Part shown: in pieces, positions 56,720 through 64,000 of the stretch
How positions within the stretch are numbered: position 1 is the stretch's first letter
Layout of the letters: the number at the start of each line of letters is the position of its first letter
Assembly (NCBI GenBank): GCA_951406725.2
Contig: OX597817.1
Location: forward strand, 127,844,001-127,908,000
Origin: Octopus vulgaris
Lineage: Eukaryota
DNA: 64,000 bases
Reading direction: 5' to 3'
Made by a program: the position numbers and the translations under genes
Notes under the pieces: model-generated
Databases searched by the model: none
Told to the model about the DNA's origin: nothing
The model's input: the letters and a program-made list of their open reading frames with translations, nothing else

Positions 56720-56760
56720 TATTCAACCGGTTTTCGTCAATGTATGATTTGTCAAGAATA
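56720..56760 (-). ncRNA. Variant minimal hammerhead (3' pLTR copy)
   Basis: UAUUC-UUGACAA-AUCA(UACAU)UGAC-GAAA-ACCGG-UU-GAAUA; G10.1 is A in this copy. Confidence 0.6.
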
Positions 56761-57395
56761 TTTATGTTTTAAGAAGTTTTTTTAAAAATTAGAAAGGGGA
56801 AAAAAAGAAAATTGCAATGTTTTTTGTAAAAGAATAATGATAAAAATGTACAAAAATTAAAAAATAAGTTCTCCGATACATTGTGAGTTCGTTGTGTATC
56901 TTGAGTTTTATGGTTGTTTACCAAAAAATTACCTTGAGGTGTTAAGATCCAAAGGGATTAAGAGCATGTGATGTGTTGTGTTGTTAAATTCAGCATGTTG
57001 CAGGACAGGAAGTAGTAGTAATTGTGGTCCTGGTTCTTCAGTTCCTGTGTTGTGAGTAAGGGGAGACAACTCTTTTGAGTTCTTCAATAAAACCCAAATT
57101 ATAAAACTATCATTTTAGCTTCATTTGCATTATCTTTTTTATATAATTGCTTGTTAACTTAACTTTCAGATTTTAACACTTTATTTATATTATTTTCTAA
57201 TAATATAAAACTGCATAGACAATTGCATTTCAAATTGTCATATCATTTATAATAAAAATGATAGTAGTAACAACAACAATAGTGAAAATGATATTTAAAG
57301 AATATAAGTTTTAGCTTGAAGTGGTGAATGCATGGTATCTTTATATATTTGTGTTAGTCCATCCATGAAGAGTGAGGTAGAGAAAGGAAGTTTGA

Positions 57396-59710
57396 TCAAC
57401 GAGGAGTTTGCATATTAAGTTGTGTTTGGAATTTTTCAATAAAGAGATTCTCCTTGTTAATTCTCTCCTGTGTGGTGATCCCGTCTTTACATTGGTAGAA
57501 GGGGAATATATAGAATTTGGGGTTTAAGTCTTTAGCACATGAGTCTAAGTGGTCACTCAGTGGAATTTGTCGGTATTCCGGGAGATTTATTTGTTCTTTA
57601 TGCACCGTTACTCGTTTACGTAACGGGAGACTCGTTTGTCCCACATAATTATGTTGGCAACCAGCGCATGTGAGAACGTAGATAAGGTTCTCGGAGGAAC
57701 AGGAGAAGTTAGTCTTGATTTTAAACTTCGTACCTTGTTTGAAGGTAAATTCAGAGCCTTCAAGTAGAAAGGGGCAGGTACCACAGTTTGAGCGTGCACA
57801 TTTTTTTACTGTTGGGGGTGGATGTGGTGTGTGAAGTTTGGCATTTGTCAAGAGTTTTTTTAAAGATTTGTGTTGCCTTTTGCATTTGAGGATTTTGTGT
57901 GTATTTATAATGTTTTTCATTTTTGGGTCTGTTGACAGTAGACTGAGGTTTTGTATGATTGTGGTGTATGCTTCGATATTTTTGGGGTTGTGGGTGGAAA
58001 TGTATGGAAGTATTTTGAGGTTGTGTGTGGTGTTAGGTTGGGTGGTTCTCAGTGTAGTGTTGTCTAGTTCTTTGGCGCGTTTTATTCCATACTCTATAAG
58101 GGTGGAGGGATATTGACGTTGTAATAGTGTTTTTTTGAGGTCTTGAAGGCGTATTTCTCGTGTTTTTGGATCCGAGACAATGGTGCATACCCTTTTAGCT
58201 AAATTGAAAGGGATATTTGTCTTGGTGTGTTTTGGGTGGCATGAACTAAAGAGGAGGTATTGTTGTGAGTCTGTAGGTTTGTGGTAGATGTCTGTTATGA
58301 TTTGGTTCTCAGGTGTTTTTATAATTAGGAGATCAAGGAATGGGAGATGATGTTTGCTTAATTCCATAGTGAATTGGATGTTGGGATGTATGTTGTTTAG
58401 TATGGTTTTGAATTCCAGGAGTTTTTCATAAGGTTCTTTCCATATGATGAAACAATCATCTAAATACCTTTTCCAGTTTTCCATTAGGTAGGTGTGGAAA
58501 ACATGTCCAAATTTCTGGCTTGATATTTCATAGAGTGACAGTTCGAAGTAACCCATTATGAGGTTCGCAAGGACTGGTGCAGCCTTGGTACCCATCGCAA
58601 TGCCACATTTTTGACGGTAGTGTGTGTCGTCGAAGAGAAAAAAATTGTTTGTCAGAATGAACTTAAGAGATTCTGTAATAAAAGATTTGTTAATGCGGTC
58701 AGGGAATGTCTCTGGGTGTTTTTCTAGCCAGAAGTCAATTGCCTCTATACCATACTCATGTGGAATGTTGGTGTAGAGGTTGATGACATCAAAGGATACC
58801 AGGAGTGCCTCCTCGTTAACTGTTTTCGGGAGGTGTTTGAGCATGTCTAGATCATCCCTAATGAAACTTTTGATGTGGGTAAGGAAAGGTTTCAAAAGGA
58901 TGTCTAGGAAGTTACTCAGGCGGTGTGTTTCACAGGAGGTACCAGCCACGATGGGCCTTAGTTTTAGGTCCTCCGGTGCTTTGATGTTGATGTGGATGTC
59001 AGTGGAGAGTTTGCAGGCTTCGGTGATGTATTTGTTTTTATGGATTTTAGGAAGGCCATAAAAAAGGCTGGGCTTGCATTTGAAAATGGTGATATAATCC
59101 CTTTCTTTTTCTGTGAGTCCCTGACCGTGTTGGCGTATGAGTGTGGTGAGGTTTCTGATTGTTTTTTGCTGTTTGTAGTTGTTAATAACCTCATAGAAAA
59201 TGTTATTGTTAAGCATGGAGAACACTAGGTGTTTATAAAATTCCGTGTCCATAAGGACCACAGTACTCCCTTTGTCCGCTTCTTTGATGGTGAGGTTTTT
59301 ATCCAGTTGTATGTCACGTAGGTTTTCCCATTCTTCCTTACTGAAATTGGATTTTACCTTGGTTTTGCTTGGGGTAAAGGGGAGACTCTGGATGTGTTTA
59401 CAGAAATCGTCCAGTGTTTTATTTCTCCCTTTTGGTGGTAGGAAGTTGCTTTTATTTCTGATCAATGAGTCGTCCCCATTGTTGATATCTGTCAAAGCTT
59501 CTGTTAGGCGAAGTTTTCTGCAGAATTCAGAAATGTCATCCTTGACCTCCGGGGGTTGGGTGTTCTTGGGGTGGGTGTGAATTTCAAACCTCTTGCTAGG
59601 ATGTTGATTTGGGTTGGTGTCAGTGTTTTGCTGGAGAGGTTTATAATTTTTGTTTTCTTATTTTGGGTCTGTGTTAGCGGTGGTGTTTGTATTTTTCCCC
59701 TCTGTCTAAA
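57396..59710 (-). CDS. Penelope-like reverse transcriptase plus GIY-YIG endonuclease (Neptune clade)
   Basis: 699-aa open stretch 59495-57396: IKEADKGSTVV, FYGLPKIHK, SFDVINLYTNIP, QKCGIAMGT, RYLDDCF, LPFLD, CxxxxCxxC linker, LIYVLTCAGC..YVGQT. The conserved N-terminus IINLSS..ILARGLKFTPTP lies upstream across a 1-nt shift near 59551-59571. No AUG precedes it. Confidence 0.93.
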
Positions 59711-61164
59711 AAATGGTTGTTGATGTAAGGGGTGTATTCTTTGTTAAAGTTCTGGTTGTATGTGTAGGAGTGTTTTTGGGTGGGGAGGTTGGAGGGGGGT
59801 AGGTAGTTGTCGTATTTGTGTTGGTATGGGATGCGATGGTGTAAGGATTTGTGAGAAATGCGATGGGTTTGTGGGTGTGTGTCTGGTAGATTGTATGGGG
59901 GGATGTAGGGGGTATGTAGTTGTGGTGATTGGGTTCGTGTGGGATGTGAGGGTTTGGAGATCTGTAGGAGATGTGGTAGGAATGTGGTTGTTGGATGGGT
60001 GGACTATAGGGGGTTCGTTGGGTGGGTCTTATATGTATCGGTGTGGGTAGGATGCCTTGTTTATTATTAGTGTGAGGGAGGGGAGCCTTGAGGGGGGATA
60101 ATTTCTAGTGTATGGGAGGTTCTTGAAGGTTCTAATCGGTGGGGGAGGGGTGTTAGAGTGATTGGAAAACCAGGTTTTGTGGTGGGTCTTGTTTGAGATG
60201 TTTCGGGGGGAAAGGGTTTTTTATATGGTTGGGGGAGGTTGTGTCCTGTTAGGAGGGGGTTTGGAGAGTATGTGTATTTGAGGTGCGGTTTGGAATGGTG
60301 TTTATGGGGTACAGTGGAAGTCTGTGTTGTGGGTACTTTTATGAATGGGTTTTTGGATTTATGGTTTAATATGAATTGTGTTTCATAGTTGAGGAAGAAA
60401 TCTTTGTTGTTTTCCCAGCGTTTGAGGGAGGTTCGTTCTTCCTTTTCACATTCATCTTTCCATAGTTTAATAACAAGTTCGAGGGGCTGTTCGTTGGTGT
60501 GTGAGGTTAGTTCTAGAAGTATCTCATCGTCTATTTTTGTGTATTTTTGTTCGTGGTTTTGTGCTCTGAGTTTTAGAAGTTCTACTTCGGTTTTCATTTT
60601 TTCCAATGTTAGTTTTTCTCTTAGGGAGCGTTGTTTTTCAGGTTCGTCTGGGATGTGTTTGATTTGGAATTTTCGGGGTAGTATGATAGGGGAGGAGTTT
60701 AACCATTTGTCGTAAATATCAGCTTTGTTTTGGTTTTTGAGCATGTTCCAGAAGAGAAGTTTTCTGTTGTGTAGTTTCTTAGTCCAAGTAGTGATGATCT
60801 GGTTTTTAATGCGTTGTGCTGGGGTTGAAATGTGTTCCTTCTGTGTGTTGAGTGGTGTCTGAGGTCTCTTTGGCGTTGAATTGGTAAGTAGAGTTTTCAG
60901 TGTAGTGTTGATTTCATTTAGGTTTACATCTATCTTATCCGAAAGTAGAGTTTTCAGTGTAGTGTTGATTTCGTTTAGGTTTACATCAATTTTATCCGAA
61001 AGTTGTTGATGATGGTTGTTTTCTGAGTTGTCCCGGGATTGAAGGAGAAGTTCGTCAATTTTTTTGGAGAATGTAAGTAGATGTGTATTGAGTACTTTGA
61101 GTTCTTTTAGAATGGTCTTATTGGTGACTGTCTCTGTAAGAGTGCTCTTGTTTTTCGGAGGCAT
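59674..61164 (-). CDS. PLE ORF1: helical/coiled-coil N-terminal part plus Pro/His/Tyr-rich tail (function unknown)
   Basis: AUG at 61164, open for 365 aa; tail continues across shifts in C-runs (KQGILPTP, YIPP-YIPP) to ..NHFLDRGEKYKHHR* at 59674; internal 57-bp duplication differs only at synonymous sites. Confidence 0.75.
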
Positions 61165-61189
61165 TCTGAATCACACGTGTGGTAGAGGG

Positions 61190-61259
61190 TATAGATCAAT
61201 AAATGGTGGGGTTGTGTTGACCGCACGTGGAGAAATGATAAGTAAGGAAAAATTTTTTT
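61190..61259 (-). repeat. 70-bp direct repeat of the element's extreme 3' end placed just upstream of ORF1
   Basis: Identical to 56575-56644. Confidence 0.97.
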
Positions 61260-62396
61260 CTACTTGAAGGCTCTGAATTTACCTTCAAACAAGGTACGAA
61301 GTTTAAAATCAAGACTAACTTCTCCTGTTCCTCCGAGAACCTTATCTACGTTCTCACATGCGCTGGTTGCCAACATAATTATGTGGGACAAACGAGTCTC
61401 CCGTTACGTAAACGAGTAACGGTGCATAAAGAACAAATAAATCTCCCGGAATACCGACAAATTCCACTGAGTGACCACTTAGACTCATGTGCTAAAGACT
61501 TAAACCCCAAATTCTATATATTCCCCTTCTACCAATGTAAAGACGGGATCACCACACAGGAGAGAATTAACAAGGAGAATCTCTTTATTGAAAAATTCCA
61601 AACACAACTTAATATGCAAACTCCTCGTTGATCAAACTTCCTTTCTCTACCTCACTCTTCATGGATGGACTAACACAAATATATAAAGATACCATGCATT
61701 CACCACTTCAAGCTAAAACTTATATTCTTTAAATATCATTTTCACTATTGTTGTTGTTACTACTATCATTTTTATTATAAATGATATGACAATTTGAAAT
61801 GCAATTGTCTATGCAGTTTTATATTATTAGAAAATAATATAAATAAAGTGTTAAAATCTGAAAGTTAAGTTAACAAGCAATTATATAAAAAAGATAATGC
61901 AAATGAAGCTAAAATGATAGTTTTATAATTTGGGTTTTATTGAAGAACTCAAAAGAGTTGTCTCCCCTTACTCACAACACAGGAACTGAAGAACCAGGAC
62001 CACAATTACTACTACTTCCTGTCCTGCAACATGCTGAATTTAACAACACAACACATCACATGCTCTTAATCCCTTTGGATCTTAACACCTCAAGGTAATT
62101 TTTTGGTAAACAACCATAAAACTCAAGATACACAACGAACTCACAATGTATCGGAGAACTTATTTTTTAATTTTTGTACATTTTTATCATTATTCTTTTA
62201 CAAAAAACATTGCAATTTTCTTTTTTTCCCCTTTCTAATTTTTAAAAAACTTCTTAAAACATAAATATTCTTGACAAGTCATACATTGACGAAAACCGGT
62301 TGAATAAATATATATATTTATATATTTTATCATTTTCTCATTTTATTAAAATTTTCTTTCATTTGAGCATTCTGCATTTTTAAAAAAATTTTTCCT

Positions 62397-62400
<4 letters not shown>
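61257..62400 (+). repeat. 1.14-kb inverted copy of the EN C-terminus plus 3' UTR/pLTR
   Basis: Reverse complement of 56626-57770; only two substitutions and one homopolymer indel noticed; explains ORF 61383-61631. Confidence 0.97.
62266..62306 (+). ncRNA. Variant minimal hammerhead with U3-A8 core pair (inverted-arm copy)
   Basis: UAUUC-UUGACAA-GUCA(UACAU)UGAC-GAAA-ACCGG-UU-GAAUA. Confidence 0.7.
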
Positions 62401-62451
<51 letters not shown>

Positions 62452-62536
62452 GGGAGAGAGTGTAAAAGAGAGAGAGAGAGAGAGAGATGGAGACAGACAG
62501 GCAGGAACATTGATAGATAGGTAGATAGATAAATAG

Positions 62537-62567
<31 letters not shown>

Positions 62568-64000
62568 GATAGATTGATAGATAGATAGATATGAGCAGGC
62601 AGTGTTTTTTATTAATTAAATATAATGTGTATACAATATAAGCACACAAGTATCCACACACGCACACACACCACACAAATATACACACATACACACACAA
62701 ACACAAACACACACATACACGCACGCACATGCATATGCATACACACATATATATGCATGAATGAATTCTCGCCGTATGTAAGTAGTAATTAATGTATGTA
62801 TATATGTATATATGTATGTATGTATGTATGTATATATGTATGTATGAACGGACGAATGAATGAAGGAATGAATGAATGAAAGAATGAACGAATGGATGTA
62901 CGTACGTATGTATGCATACGGCCATTGAAGTTTTTTTTTTAAATGAAGGAATACAAAACAAAAATACCTTTTGATCGTAGTAGACTTCAGAAAAAGCTGA
63001 TGGTTTTCGTCTTCAATATTAATTGTGCTCCGCTGTTGTTCCGGTGATAACTATCACACTTTCCCTATAATAAGCTTTCCATTTAATCGCAGTAGATTAC
63101 ACTAGTTATTAATAAGTCCTCTCTGAATATTCCACTAACTTATATCCCAGCATAAAAATCAATTCTTCTCTCTACCTCGAGTGAATACAGATGAATAGAG
63201 GCAGAAAGAAAGGAAAGTAGATAGATAAAAAGAAAGAATAAAGAAAAGTAGGGAAAAAAAGAACAGAAGTGTGATAAGTATATCTTTGAAAACTGTGAAA
63301 GAGAAAACGTTCAAAATTTCATTATATTAGTTTCTCCCCGCATTTTCCACGTCTGCTCTGAAAATAAACATTTTCAAGAATTTAATACCTGATAAGACTT
63401 GCAATAGCTGTTTGATGAAGCTGTGTGAAAGAAAATTGATAAGAAATTTGAGTTATTCAATAAAATGCGAAACAATGGAATAGTTATAACAATAAATTAA
63501 TTAATAAATAAATAAATAAGTACTATAGAAATAATCGAATTATTATCACATCTAATAGTTTCGTAAATATGAAATATAAAATTAAAAAAGAAAGACAAGA
63601 AAATGTCATTCACAACTAAGATGTTACCATCAAAATTAATATGGCTACCGAGGAGTCAGTGAGGAAGCTTCTTGCAGTCGTCCAAGCTATCTGAAATAAC
63701 AGTGAAATCTCTTTCCCTTGAAGTCACACACCATTTTTTTCTTTTCAATGAGTGATTTCAATTTATAATTTTCATATATGTTCTATGACCTAAAAAAAGT
63801 CGTGATAGTTAGAGATGGAATCCCCTTGTTCATAAGTCATCACGTTAAGAGCTAAAAATGGCTTATCATAGCAAGGGCTGCTACTGGATGCATGAAAGAA
63901 AAAAGGGTGATAACTCCAATAGGCTCAGTTAACTGAATTTTATTTTGAAAAATGCTGTATAGTAATGATTACGTTTCTTAAATGTGAATTAATAAAAACA

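Larger units (their letters stand above)
56575..62400 (-). mobile_element. Young Neptune-type Penelope-like retroelement with inverted arm, inserted in (TA)n
   Basis: ORF1 plus RT-EN ORF; inverted repeat 56626-57770 / 61257-62400; direct repeat 56575-56644 / 61190-61259; (TA)n on both sides. Confidence 0.97.

Noticed and set aside
57838-60715. Plus-strand ORFs antisense to the PLE
   Set aside because: Shadow ORFs caused by the strong A/C bias of the coding strand
61383-61631. Separate 82-aa GIY-YIG gene
   Set aside because: Only the inverted duplicate of the PLE ORF's 3' end, starting at an internal GTG
61940-62030. TTGAAGA-ACTC/GAGT hairpin and CTGAAGA in the pLTR as additional hammerheads
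   Set aside because: No GAAA..UH segment or helix I follows

Overview
AT-rich, microsatellite-dense animal (not prokaryotic) DNA with no recognisable host exon. The SINE families and repeat content resemble octopus/coleoid cephalopod sequence (inference). Most ORFs in the track are translations of microsatellites. The real content is mobile DNA. (1) A very young Neptune-type Penelope-like retroelement (PLE; 56575-62400, - strand) with an RT + GIY-YIG ORF, an extra upstream ORF1, a near-perfect 1.14-kb inverted arm and a 70-bp direct tail repeat. (2) An older Neptune PLE (15969-20117) and relics of another PLE lineage. (3) Two IR/DR-type Tc1 elements, a full-length mariner, a fold-back mariner and a DD37D element. 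(4) R4/Dong-, Tx1- and CR1-like LINE relics, a MITE and many tRNA-derived SINEs. Most interesting: ORF1 and the AUG-less RT ORF of the young PLE overlap at an in-phase U_UUU_UUA slippery heptamer, a candidate gag-pol-like -1 frameshift. The window also holds about 11 hammerhead-ribozyme motifs from roughly 7 families, including U3-A8 and C4 core variants and two with intact cores. All calls were made by eye, with no database search or folding software.
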